Program-made: the position numbers and the translations under genes
Shown here: piece after piece, positions 1 to 8,654 of the stretch
Numbering within the stretch: position 1 is the stretch's first letter
Layout: each line of letters begins with the position of its first letter
Notes under the pieces: model-generated
The model's input: the letters and a program-made list of their open reading frames with translations, nothing else
The model's database searches: none
Told to the model about the DNA's origin: nothing
NCBI GenBank assembly: GCA_965140585.1
Contig: OZ223270.1
Span: 192,001 to 256,000, forward strand
From: Spirochaetia bacterium
Lineage (GTDB): Bacteria > Spirochaetota > Spirochaetia > UBA9216
DNA length: 64,000 bases
Direction of reading: 5' to 3'

Positions 1-1
1 C

Positions 2-394
2 CGCCCGCTGCGCTACCTGAACTCAACCCATGTAAAGGTCAGCGTCCGCCGTTACGAGAAGGAAGGCCGACTCCAGTACGCGGCCAAGGGAATCAAACTC
101 AATGTATACCGGGCATTCCGGGGTGAAATTCGTTATGGAAACGACGTTCTTGAATACGACTTCGGAGGCTACAACGGAGACTACAACCGGGAAAAGGCTC
201 TCGATAAAATAGAGAAAGCTCTCATCCGTATGGAGACAAAATACCGCAGGCAGCTTTCCAACATGAAAACATGGAGGATTTCCGGAAAGGAACATGAGAG
301 AAGCTACAAACTTCTTACCCAGCTTCGGAGCACAATGAGGGATTTTTCAAAATCTGATAATAGAGAAGAAGATAAGGATAAAAAGGCCGACTGA
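2..394 (+). CDS. 3' end of a CDS running in from the left edge; possibly a family-2 glycosyltransferase C-terminus
   Basis: Open frame from position 2 to TGA at 392-394, not in the ORF track (RPLRYLNSTHVKVSVRRYEKEGRLQY...DKKAD*). 'VSVRRYEKEG' resembles the S-x-RR motif late in GT2 enzymes; the product call is tentative. Confidence 0.55.
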   Translation, partial: RPLRYLNSTHVKVSVRRYEKEGRLQYAAKGIKLNVYRAFRGEIRYGNDVLEYDFGGYNGDYNREKALDKIEKALIRMETKYRRQLSNMKTWRISGKEHERSYKLLTQLRSTMRDFSKSDNREEDKDKKAD

Positions 395-419
395 AACACT
401 GGATAAGATCCGGCTGGAG

Positions 420-1025
420 TCAGCTGGTTTTCAGAAAGGCCTTCAGGTATTCAGCCGCAGTGGATCCCAGTTTCCGGTGGGCATCCGCCTCAAGATGTAT
501 TCCGTCAATCGGAGAGCTTTTAATTATTCCGCCTGAATTAATGAATCCGCATTTCATAGCGGAGGCAAGTGTTCCAAGCTGTGTACCAAGTTCCAGAACT
601 TTACGGGTTTCTGTTTCATAATACCCGTCTGGCACTTCATCATTATTCAGAGGCACCGGAGAAATCAAAATCATTTCCGGTTCCACAAAGCCCGTATCCT
701 CACTTGTTTTGCCGAGGGTTCTGATAAATGCCGAAAAAGCCCTGACCACATCATTTACCGGGCATTCGGGGTTCAGGCAGATATCGTTGACACCAAGAAA
801 CAGAATCACCGCATCAAGCGGAAAATTATCAACCAGGGCATCAGAGAAATACTCCTCCTGACCGATGATTGTTCTTCCGTTTACCCCGTCTTCGATTATC
901 TCAAAGCCCTCACCCAGTTCATTTGCCATAACTCCGGGCCAGCGCTCGCTGAAGGCAAAGCGGAGTCCGGACACAGGATTAACTCCCCAGGTATTTGAAT
1001 CGCCGTAGCACAGGATTCTGTACAT
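420..1025 (-). CDS. SGNH/GDSL-family hydrolase (arylesterase-like)
   Basis: GDSNTWG block I, 'GVNGRT', 'LGVND' and 'DGIH' blocks. Confidence 0.9.
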   Translation of the reverse strand: MYRILCYGDSNTWGVNPVSGLRFAFSERWPGVMANELGEGFEIIEDGVNGRTIIGQEEYFSDALVDNFPLDAVILFLGVNDICLNPECPVNDVVRAFSAFIRTLGKTSEDTGFVEPEMILISPVPLNNDEVPDGYYETETRKVLELGTQLGTLASAMKCGFINSGGIIKSSPIDGIHLEADAHRKLGSTAAEYLKAFLKTS

Positions 1026-1036
1026 AAGCCTTCCTT

Positions 1037-1594
1037 TTATTTTACCAGTGCGGATATCCCCTTGAAGTAGGGGCTTTTTGAGGTTCTGGTTAGTTCAAAA
1101 AGTACTGACTCATATACTGAAACCATCGCGCCCTCAAACTTGTATCGTTCTATTCCTGTATTATAATCCTGTTCCTTTCTGGAGGAAATACAGTCAACAA
1201 CAGCATTAACGTTATAACCTTCTGCACAGAGATCGGTAATTGTCTGAAGAACACAGACATGACCTTCGATTCCGCAGATGAGTACATTTTTCCTGCCTGT
1301 TTCCTTCAATTTTTCCATAAAAGCAGGGTCATCAGCACAGCTGAAAGTTCCTTTTTCAATATACGGGAGCTCTTCGGCAGAGCTGTAGCCGAGCGCCTCA
1401 ACAAGTTCGGGAACTGTTGGTCCAAGGCCCCTGGTGTACTGCTGGGTAACGAGCAGCGGAATCTCAAGATGACGAAGCCCCTTAATGAGGGTGGAAGTAT
1501 TTTTTATAAGCTCTTCCTTCTTCTGCATATGGGGGACAAGCCTGTCCTGAAAATCAATTATTACTCCAACTGTATCTTCTGCAAGTAATCTCAT
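1037..1594 (-). CDS. Isochorismatase-family (YcaC-related) cysteine hydrolase
   Basis: IIDFQ, TQQY.RGLG.T, K..FSC and GIEGHVCVLQT motifs. Confidence 0.9.
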   Translation of the reverse strand: MRLLAEDTVGVIIDFQDRLVPHMQKKEELIKNTSTLIKGLRHLEIPLLVTQQYTRGLGPTVPELVEALGYSSAEELPYIEKGTFSCADDPAFMEKLKETGRKNVLICGIEGHVCVLQTITDLCAEGYNVNAVVDCISSRKEQDYNTGIERYKFEGAMVSVYESVLFELTRTSKSPYFKGISALVK

Positions 1595-2652
1595 AATTCC
1601 TCCCTGTATTTGCGGTAAAGACCCCTGAACTGGTCATAGGACAGTGACAGCAGATCTGCCGCTTTCTTCTGGTTGTTTTTTCCTTCCGACAAGGCCCGCC
1701 GAAGGTACTCAACTTCTATTTCTTTTATATTATCCCGAAATCCTGCAAGAGGGGGAAGAGCCGAAACTGTCTTTTCAACAATCCCGGGACTGCGGGCAGT
1801 CTCGCTGCTTTCAGCCTCAAAGCCTGAATTCCCTCTATCATCAGAGGCGCCGTATTCGATCTCAGGCTTTTCATAGGGATTTTTGAAAGGATCAACATTT
1901 ATTTCGGCAATAAGCCCCGACTCACACTTGTAGACAGCACGCTCAACTACGTTTTTAAGCTCACGGATGTTTCCGGGCCAGGGATATTGATGCATTCTTT
2001 GAATTACTTCTTCCGAGAACTCAGGCATCCGGGCATGACCAAGCTCCGACGCCATTCTTGATGAAAAATGCCTGGCAAGAAGCATAATGTCATCTCTGCG
2101 CTCTCTTAAGGGGGGAAGAAAAAGGACCTCGAAAGACAGTCTGTCCAGGAGGTCCCTTTTGAACTTGTTCTCTTCGCACAAATTCGGCATGTCTTCATTG
2201 GTGGCGGCGACAATACGGACATCAACTTCGATAGTCCGTGAACTGCCGACACGTTCAAAACTGCCGTATTCGACTACTCTGAGTATCTTCTCTTGTACTT
2301 CTAGAGGGATCAGGCCTATCTCATCGAGAAACAGGGTTCCCCCGTCGGCCTCTTCAAAGCGGCCTTTTCGGGTTTTTCCTGCGCCGGTGTACGCTCCTGT
2401 TTCATGTCCAAAAAGTTCTGTTTCAATAAGCGTAGGCGGCAGTGCAGCACAGTTGAGTGTGACGAAAGGAGCCTCCCAGCGTCCGGAAAGGTAATGAAGC
2501 CTTGAGGCTGCTAATTCCTTTCCGGTTCCCCTTTCGCCGATTATCATGACCGATCGATTTATACCGGCGGCCCGACTGAGTTCTGCCTGAAATTCCAGAA
2601 ATACCGGAGATTCTCCCAGAGCTTCGCGTTCAACGAAATCTGAGAATTTCAT
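1591..2652 (-). CDS. pspF: Phage shock protein operon sigma54 activator PspF
   Basis: AAA+ enhancer-binding protein with no N-terminal sensor: GERGTGKE, GAYTGA, LFLDE, WPGNIRELKN, C-terminal HTH. 'LHYLSGRW' keeps the PspA-contacting Trp. Divergent from pspA. Start could be 2652 or 2670. Confidence 0.93.
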   Translation of the reverse strand: MKFSDFVEREALGESPVFLEFQAELSRAAGINRSVMIIGERGTGKELAASRLHYLSGRWEAPFVTLNCAALPPTLIETELFGHETGAYTGAGKTRKGRFEEADGGTLFLDEIGLIPLEVQEKILRVVEYGSFERVGSSRTIEVDVRIVAATNEDMPNLCEENKFKRDLLDRLSFEVLFLPPLRERRDDIMLLARHFSSRMASELGHARMPEFSEEVIQRMHQYPWPGNIRELKNVVERAVYKCESGLIAEINVDPFKNPYEKPEIEYGASDDRGNSGFEAESSETARSPGIVEKTVSALPPLAGFRDNIKEIEVEYLRRALSEGKNNQKKAADLLSLSYDQFRGLYRKYREEL

Positions 2653-2654
2653 GT

Positions 2655-2742
2655 AGGTACAATTTACCATGATATGGTTATTCTGACCAGTATTATTTTA
2701 TGAATTTGGTATATTTTACCATTTTATTGGTTTATTTCGCCA
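2655..2742. promoter_or_regulatory. Four palindromic TGGT-N7-(A/G)CCA sites, putative PspF upstream activator sequences
   Basis: AGGTacaatttACCA (2655), TGGTtattctgACCA (2675), TGGTatattttACCA (2707), TGGTttatttcGCCA (2728); two pairs spaced 20 and 21 bp. Confidence 0.7.
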
Positions 2743-2891
2743 AATTCCTCCCTGGGGGGGTAACAGAACCAGCCCCGGAAGCTGTTTAAATAGGGACGGA
2801 AAGACTGAAAATGAGCTATAAAAAGCCCAAACAAACAGTCATTGGATTAATTTTATTGAATTTTCAGAAGATTCCGGGCTAATTCCAAAAA

Positions 2892-2909
2892 TTGGCACAG
2901 CATCTGCAT
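2892..2909 (+). promoter_or_regulatory. sigma54 -24/-12 promoter of pspA
   Basis: TTGGCACAGCATCTGCAT, with GG at 2894-95, exactly 10 nt, then GC at 2906-07; upstream of the pspA RBS (GGAGGA). Confidence 0.9.
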
Positions 2910-2940
2910 ATATATGTACAAACAAACCATGGAGGATAAT

Positions 2941-3621
2941 ATGGGCGTTTTTACAAGATTCAAAGACATAGTTAACTCAAACATCAATTCAATGCTGGAC
3001 AGAGCGGAAGACCCTGAAAAAATGATCAACCTGATGATTAGAGAGATGGAAGATACACTAGTAGAACTCAAATCATCATGCGCAGCTACAATGGCAGACA
3101 AGGCCAAAATGGCCCGGGAAAAAGATGACTTCCAGGAAAAATGCGACCGCTGGAGTTCAAGGGCAAAACTTGCTGTAGAAAAAGGCCGTGATGATCTGGC
3201 CCGTGAAGCGCTTCTTGAGAAGAAATCGTGCGCAAACCAGCTCGAACTGCTTGAAAACGATCTTAAACAGTTTGATACTATTATTGACGAATGCAAGGGA
3301 AACATTACCCAGCTTGAAGAAAAACTGGAGACAGTAAAACAGAAAAGACGTATATTAATACAGCGAAGCATTCATGCCACAGAAAAGAAGAAAGCAAGAG
3401 AGACAATTAGAAACGCTTCAGGCGTTGATGCAACTATGCGTTTCGAAGAACTCGAAGGCCGGATTGAAAGAATGGAAGCTGATGCGGATATGGTTTTCAC
3501 CGGAGCAAAAAGCGGAACCAACGAAAATGAATTCCACAAGCTTGAAAATGAAACCGAAATCGAAGAAGAGCTTTCAAAACTTAAAAAGAGTATAAAGAAG
3601 AATGATGGGGCCAATAATTAG
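2941..3621 (+). CDS. pspA: Phage shock protein A
   Basis: MGVFTRFKDIVNSNINSMLDRAEDPEKMI..MIREMEDTLVE N-terminus, 'KGRDDLAREAL', coiled coil; RBS favours ATG 2941 over 2914. Confidence 0.95.
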   Translation: MGVFTRFKDIVNSNINSMLDRAEDPEKMINLMIREMEDTLVELKSSCAATMADKAKMAREKDDFQEKCDRWSSRAKLAVEKGRDDLAREALLEKKSCANQLELLENDLKQFDTIIDECKGNITQLEEKLETVKQKRRILIQRSIHATEKKKARETIRNASGVDATMRFEELEGRIERMEADADMVFTGAKSGTNENEFHKLENETEIEEELSKLKKSIKKNDGANN

Positions 3622-3847
3622 TTCAGGAATGATAATTTCACTTTTTGCTATCGCAGCACCCTTTGTATTCGTACTTGCGGTGATTGCGATAGTAACAGGT
3701 AAAAAGGAAAAATCCCGCCGCGGAGATAAAATGAGCGACGAGGATGCAAAGATGATGGATGAAATTTACAGGGGCCTTCGGGATTTAAATCGTAGAATCG
3801 ACAACCTGGAAACCCTGTATAACGATAAAAAACGGAAGGAGCGGTAA
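3602..3847 (+). CDS. pspB: PspB-like membrane protein
   Basis: One TM helix, then 'MSDEDAKMM...LNRRIDNLET'; sits between pspA and pspC. Confidence 0.75.
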   Translation: MMGPIISSGMIISLFAIAAPFVFVLAVIAIVTGKKEKSRRGDKMSDEDAKMMDEIYRGLRDLNRRIDNLETLYNDKKRKER

Positions 3848-3853
3848 TTGACT

Positions 3854-4231
3854 ATGACCTATACCGGCAGAAAACTATACAGATCCAGACACGGTGAAAT
3901 CCTCGGAGTCTGCAAGGGAATTGCTGAATGGAGAGATCTCCCTGTAAATATGGTAAGACTCCTTTTCATACTGATAGCAATAGCAAGCGCCGTAGTGCCC
4001 TGTCTTATAATATACCTGATAATGGGACTGGTTCTCCCCATGGAGCCCGGATACCGTTCGGGCAGACGAAGCGATGACGATTACAAGGATCGCGGAGGAA
4101 GACGACATTACGGTTTTGAAGATATTAAAAGCGAGTTTGACAACCTGAAACAGCGCGTAAATAAAATGGAAGACGATGCAACCTCAGATAAAGAGACAGA
4201 CTGGGATCGAAGATTTCATGATAAGGATTGA
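3854..4231 (+). CDS. pspC: PspC domain membrane protein
   Basis: 'KLYRS...ILGVCKGIAE...VRLLF...IIYLIMGLVLP' PspC signature plus C-terminal coiled coil. Confidence 0.9.
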   Translation: MTYTGRKLYRSRHGEILGVCKGIAEWRDLPVNMVRLLFILIAIASAVVPCLIIYLIMGLVLPMEPGYRSGRRSDDDYKDRGGRRHYGFEDIKSEFDNLKQRVNKMEDDATSDKETDWDRRFHDKD

Positions 4232-4260
4232 TTCCGGGCTCAGCATCGGAAATAAAGAAC

Positions 4261-4300
4261 AGGGCACCATTGAATAAGATATTCAGCGGTGCCTTTTTTT
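4261..4300. terminator. Intrinsic terminator between convergent pspC and the next gene
   Basis: AGGGCACCATTGAAT-aagat-ATTCAGCGGTGCCTTTTTTT hairpin with T run. Confidence 0.75.
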
Positions 4301-5093
4301 ATTCGGCTTCTTCATATCTGGACAGGTTCATGTTAACCTGCTCAAGCTTTTTTGTAAGGCTGTCGATGGTTTTTTCGATCCGCTTTTTTTCCTTCTGAAG
4401 CCGCACAACGGGGTCATCTGCCGAAGATTTCATTTTTGCGGCCCTTGCAAGATCCCGGCTGCTTCCGCCTATCAGACTAGTCTGAACTTTCTCACGGGTT
4501 TCGGCGTCGGCAACCGATGCAACCAGCATCATATTTTCGTAACCGAGTTCGGAAGGGAGTTCAAAATTATTGGCCTTGATAAGGGTCCTTGCCGTTGTAG
4601 TATCAAGCTGAAGCACCCGCTCAACATAATCTTCAAAACGGTAGCCCTTGGTGCTGCATATTTCCTGTGCACGTACAAAGGCGGAACCAAGCTGTTTTGC
4701 AATATCGCCCTGAGGGCCAATCATCTTCTTTTTAATGGTTTCGGTAAGCAGTGCAAGCTCGTGATCAGCCTCAAACACATTACCGATAAGGCTCATCTCT
4801 TCAGCCTTGTTAAGCAGTTCATGAAAGATCCGCCTGAACTCTACAGTATGGGCTCTGGGTCCGACAGGGACAGGAGATTCCGTGATATGTACATGGTGAG
4901 CAAATTCATGGATAGCCGTGTACAGAAGAAGCACATCGCTTTCCAGATTTTTATTGTGGATAATTATTTCACGCGTATCGGGGTAATAAAGCCCGTTAAC
5001 CTTCTTGCTGCTTTTTCCTGAAAATATCAGTGAAAACTCTTCTATATCATCGCGAAGCTGAAGGAGTATCTCTTTTACCTGTTCCTGATTCAT
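4299..5093 (-). CDS. Hypothetical protein with an HEXXH zinc-metalloprotease-like (SprT-like) N-domain and coiled-coil tail
   Basis: 'YTAIHEFAHHVH...AHTVEFRRIF'. Confidence 0.7.
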   Translation of the reverse strand: MNQEQVKEILLQLRDDIEEFSLIFSGKSSKKVNGLYYPDTREIIIHNKNLESDVLLLYTAIHEFAHHVHITESPVPVGPRAHTVEFRRIFHELLNKAEEMSLIGNVFEADHELALLTETIKKKMIGPQGDIAKQLGSAFVRAQEICSTKGYRFEDYVERVLQLDTTTARTLIKANNFELPSELGYENMMLVASVADAETREKVQTSLIGGSSRDLARAAKMKSSADDPVVRLQKEKKRIEKTIDSLTKKLEQVNMNLSRYEEAE

Positions 5094-5135
5094 AGCAATA
5101 AAAGTATTCTAAATCTGCCGATCAGGCAAGACTAT

Positions 5136-5972
5136 TCACTGCTTAATAAGTGTTATTCCTTTGTCGCTTATCTCAATCAGCCGCTCCTTGTACAGGCCGC
5201 CGATTGTTTTTTTGAATATTTTCTTGCTTATACACAGAGCCTGCTTAATATCATCAGCACTGCTTTTATCGTGCAGCGGAAGAAACCCTCCGGCTGTTTT
5301 AAGCGATTCTAAAATAATGGTCCTGGCATCGTCGCTTGCCGCTTTAAAGCCCTGCGGCTGCAGAGCTGCATCAACAAGACCGTCCTCACGGATCTTTTTA
5401 ATAAAACCGGTACGGGAATCTCCGATGTAAAGTTTTTCAAATATTTCGTTCCGGTACAGGACTCCGGAGTATTTATTGTCAATTATTACCCTTGCACCGA
5501 GTTTTGAAAAACCGAAGACTATCATCTCTACCTGCTGATTCGGCTTGAGTGAGGAAGTATCTGTCTCAAAATATTCATCAAGAATACAGGTCCCGATCAC
5601 TCCGGTTCCCTCAAAATCATGAACAATTCTAACCACAGCCATATCACCGGTTTCAAGGTCCTTGCGCATACTGCGTCTCGGGACAAAAAGATCCTTGCCT
5701 ATTCCCCAGTCAAGAAAGGCTCCGAAATCAGTCTTGCCCACCACTTCAAGTGCTGCAAATTCCCCAAGGACAGCATAGGGCTTTTTTGTTGTGGCCCGAA
5801 GCTCATCTTTTGCAGAATTATACACAAAGACATCAATAAATGATCCTTTCACCGCTGACGGCGGGACTTCATCAGGCGGGAGATAAATATCCTTACCCTT
5901 TCCTTCTGAAAGAAAGCATGCTTTAGGGCTTATTTTAACAATTTCAAGTTTATTCCATGTTCCGGTATTCAC
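5136..5972 (-). CDS. CvfB/YitL-family S1 RNA-binding protein
   Basis: Repeated S1 motifs 'FGAFLDWGIGKDLFVP'; winged-helix tail 'LHDKSS...SKK.FKK.IGGLYK'. Confidence 0.9.
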   Translation of the reverse strand: MNTGTWNKLEIVKISPKACFLSEGKGKDIYLPPDEVPPSAVKGSFIDVFVYNSAKDELRATTKKPYAVLGEFAALEVVGKTDFGAFLDWGIGKDLFVPRRSMRKDLETGDMAVVRIVHDFEGTGVIGTCILDEYFETDTSSLKPNQQVEMIVFGFSKLGARVIIDNKYSGVLYRNEIFEKLYIGDSRTGFIKKIREDGLVDAALQPQGFKAASDDARTIILESLKTAGGFLPLHDKSSADDIKQALCISKKIFKKTIGGLYKERLIEISDKGITLIKQ

Positions 5973-6004
5973 GGCTTGAGTATATCCTCCAGTGATAAAG
6001 AATT

Positions 6005-6142
6005 CTACTGCCTTGGAAGGGTAAGTACAAAGGTGGTGCCGCGGCCTTCCTCTGATGTAAAGGCAACCCTGCCCTTTAGAAAATTCTCGGCAAACAGCTT
6101 AATACTGCAGATTCCGATTCCCCGGCCTTCTGCTGACATCAT
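6005..6142 (-). pseudogene. Orphan C-terminal fragment of a histidine-kinase HATPase_c domain
   Basis: Minus strand reads MMSAEGRGIGICSIKLFAENFLKGRVAFTSEEGRGTTFVLTLPRQ* (G2 box and the terminal GT.F strand); the rest of the kinase is absent. Confidence 0.75.
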
Positions 6143-6228
6143 ATATTATTGGGTCCATACACTATTTTAGGTAATCACATCATCAACTTTCAATTAAAAA
6201 AACATTTTTAATCTTGATCATATTTATA

Positions 6229-6254
6229 TATTTAGGTATTCTTATACCTAAATA
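6229..6254. promoter_or_regulatory. Perfect 11-bp inverted repeat, putative Rrf2 operator
   Basis: TATTTAGGTAT-tctt-ATACCTAAATA, ending about 20 bp upstream of the Rrf2 ATG. Confidence 0.75.
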
Positions 6255-6273
6255 ACAGTTTACAGGAGAATCT

Positions 6274-6711
6274 ATGAATCCGCTTATAAATATATCCGAG
6301 GGAGCATCACTGGCATTTCACAGCCTGGCCCTTATAGCAAGAGAGGCTCCGCAGAGACTGAACACCGGCTACATAGCAAAAAATCTGGGTGCATCCGAAG
6401 CCCATCTGGCAAAGGTTTTCCAGAGGCTTAGCAAGGCCGGGGTAGTATCCTCGGTCAGGGGTCCATCCGGCGGATTCATACTGTCAAAAGATCCCCGGGA
6501 AATCAGCTTTCTTAATATCTACGAGATAATGGAATCAAAAATAGATAATCAGGGCTGCCCGCTTGGAAGGTCGGAGTGCTCATTCAGCAGCTGCATCTTT
6601 ACGGCAAAAATGAGCTCAGTCTCACAGGAAATCTACAACATACTGGAAACTATAAACCTGGCTGAATTCAGCGGAAGCGAACGCGTAAGCAGGGGTACGG
6701 AGAACAAATGA
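6274..6711 (+). CDS. Rrf2-family transcriptional regulator, 3-Cys (probably Fe-S binding)
   Basis: 'HLAKVFQRL.KAG.V.SVRGPSGGF.L' winged HTH; C-x5-C-x4-C (CPLGRSECSFSSC). Confidence 0.92.
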   Translation: MNPLINISEGASLAFHSLALIAREAPQRLNTGYIAKNLGASEAHLAKVFQRLSKAGVVSSVRGPSGGFILSKDPREISFLNIYEIMESKIDNQGCPLGRSECSFSSCIFTAKMSSVSQEIYNILETINLAEFSGSERVSRGTENK

Positions 6712-7943
6712 ACTATTTCGAAGAAAACGACAAACTTTACAGCATAGTCGACAGATATCCGGAGACCATTCCGGTTTTTGTGAATAACGGATTTCCACAG
6801 ATGGATGACGAGGCTCAAAGAGAAAAATTCGCAAAAACCATATCACTCAAGCACGCGCTGATGCTGAAGCAGACAGATCTGCAGTCCTTCTCTGCCCTGC
6901 TGAATGAGGCAATCAAACGGAAAGCCGAAAGCGGAATTGACGGAATAAATACCGAAAAGGTAACAGAACCAGATATAAGACTGACAGGACTACTGCCCTG
7001 CCCAGTAAGGATTCCGCTGCTGGAACAGTTCAGCCGTTTTGCCGAAAGTTTCGAAAAAGATGCCGGACTTCAGATTGCCCATGAACTGAAAGCTGCTTCG
7101 ATGGGGCTGGACTGGGTTGAAAAAAATATAAGCGGTTTAAGCAGCCATAAAAACCTGCCCGACATCTTCATATCAGCCGGCTTCGATCTTTTCTTTGACA
7201 GAAATAAAATAGGCAGATACAAGGAGCAGGGAGTTTTCAGGGATTTAAGCGGATATGAAAAATACAACGAACTGTTTAACGGAATTGATCTGAAAGACCC
7301 CCGCGGGCACTATTCCATAATCAGTGCTGTACCGGCAGTATTTCTTGTAAACACAAATGAACTTGGAGATACCCCTGAACCGAAAAGCTGGAAAGACATC
7401 CTCAGCCCCGAATTTGAAAACAGGGTATCGATCCCTATCGGCGACTTCGATCTGTTCAACGCGATACTGATTAACATCCACCGAAATTACGGCGAAGAAG
7501 GCGTATTCAGACTGGGAAAGAGCCTTCTTGAATCAATGCACCCCTCACAGATGGTTAAAAGCAATACCAAAAAGATAAACAGACCTGCTGTAACGATAAT
7601 GCCGTTTTTCTTCACAAAGACCGTAAAAGAGGGAGGGCCGATGAAAGCGGTTTGGCCCGAGGATGGAGCCATATTAAGCCCGATCTTCATGCTTACCAAA
7701 GCCGCATCTGCGGAAAAGATTCAGCCGGTAGTTGATTTCTTTGCCTCAAAGGAAGTGGGGGAAACTCTGGCCCACAACGGGCTTTTCCCCAGTACGAGAG
7801 AGGATGTGGATAACCGGATAGATCATTCAAACACATTTATGTGGCCGGGATGGGACTACATCTATTCAAATGATATCGCAGAGCTGATCAGCCGCTGCGA
7901 AGAAGTATTCAATTCAGCTGTAGAAACAGCCGCAGGAGTATAA
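6708..7943 (+). CDS. ABC-type substrate-binding-fold protein with N-terminal DUF1858-like domain and no signal peptide
   Basis: 'LYSIVDRYPETIPVFVNNGF' (DUF1858-like); iron/polyamine SBP motifs 'PKSWKDIL.PEF' and 'VWPEDGA'; 'LLPCPVR'. Confidence 0.8.
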   Translation: MNYFEENDKLYSIVDRYPETIPVFVNNGFPQMDDEAQREKFAKTISLKHALMLKQTDLQSFSALLNEAIKRKAESGIDGINTEKVTEPDIRLTGLLPCPVRIPLLEQFSRFAESFEKDAGLQIAHELKAASMGLDWVEKNISGLSSHKNLPDIFISAGFDLFFDRNKIGRYKEQGVFRDLSGYEKYNELFNGIDLKDPRGHYSIISAVPAVFLVNTNELGDTPEPKSWKDILSPEFENRVSIPIGDFDLFNAILINIHRNYGEEGVFRLGKSLLESMHPSQMVKSNTKKINRPAVTIMPFFFTKTVKEGGPMKAVWPEDGAILSPIFMLTKAASAEKIQPVVDFFASKEVGETLAHNGLFPSTREDVDNRIDHSNTFMWPGWDYIYSNDIAELISRCEEVFNSAVETAAGV

Positions 7944-8654
7944 ATGAACCTGGTAACATTTTCAGGTCCGCCCTCATCGGGCAAGACCTCGGTAATACTT
8001 AAAACTATCGAATCACTTAAAAACAGAGAACTGAAAGTGGGGGTAGCCAAGTTCGACTGTCTCTATACGGATGACGACGAGCTCTACCGCAAGGCAGGCA
8101 TCCCCGTAAAAAAGGGACTCTCAGGCTCCCTCTGTCCTGACCACTACTTCGTCAGCAATATAGAAGAAATAACACAGTGGGGAGTCGAATCAGGCTTTGA
8201 TATACTTATAAGCGAATCAGCAGGCCTCTGCAACCGCTGTTCTCCCTATGTAAAGGAAGTGAAGGCTGTCTGTGTAATTGATAACCTCAGCGGAATAAAT
8301 ACACCCAAAAAGATCGGCCCCATGCTTAAGTCGGCGGATATCGTAATAATCACAAAGGGCGATATCGTCTCCCAGGCGGAAAGGGAAGTCTTTGCCTCAA
8401 GAGTTAACGCTGTTAACCCTTCGGCTGTAATAATGCACATCAACGGGCTGACAGGCCAGGGAAGCTTTGAGCTCAGTACACTGCTCTATGACCCGGAAAC
8501 AGCGCTCACCAGCCTTCAGGGAAAGGAGCTGAGATTCCCAATGCCCTCGGCAATGTGCTCCTACTGCCTGGGCGAAACCCGAATTGGAGAAAGCTACCAA
8601 ATGGGAAATGTACGTAAAATCAACCTTCAGGAGGATGCCGGCCATGGTGCATAA
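7944..8654 (+). CDS. HypB/UreG/CobW-like (G3E) metal-binding GTPase
   Basis: GPPSSGKT (G1), 'LCPDH', 'ESAGLCNRC', 'TKGD' (G4), C-terminal CSYC. Confidence 0.87.
   Translation: MNLVTFSGPPSSGKTSVILKTIESLKNRELKVGVAKFDCLYTDDDELYRKAGIPVKKGLSGSLCPDHYFVSNIEEITQWGVESGFDILISESAGLCNRCSPYVKEVKAVCVIDNLSGINTPKKIGPMLKSADIVIITKGDIVSQAEREVFASRVNAVNPSAVIMHINGLTGQGSFELSTLLYDPETALTSLQGKELRFPMPSAMCSYCLGETRIGESYQMGNVRKINLQEDAGHGA

Noticed and set aside
23-295. 90-aa minus-strand ORF in the track
   Set aside because: Antisense shadow of the longer plus-strand frame 2..394
5976-6170. 64-aa plus-strand ORF
   Set aside because: Antisense to the recognisable kinase remnant; no RBS or motif
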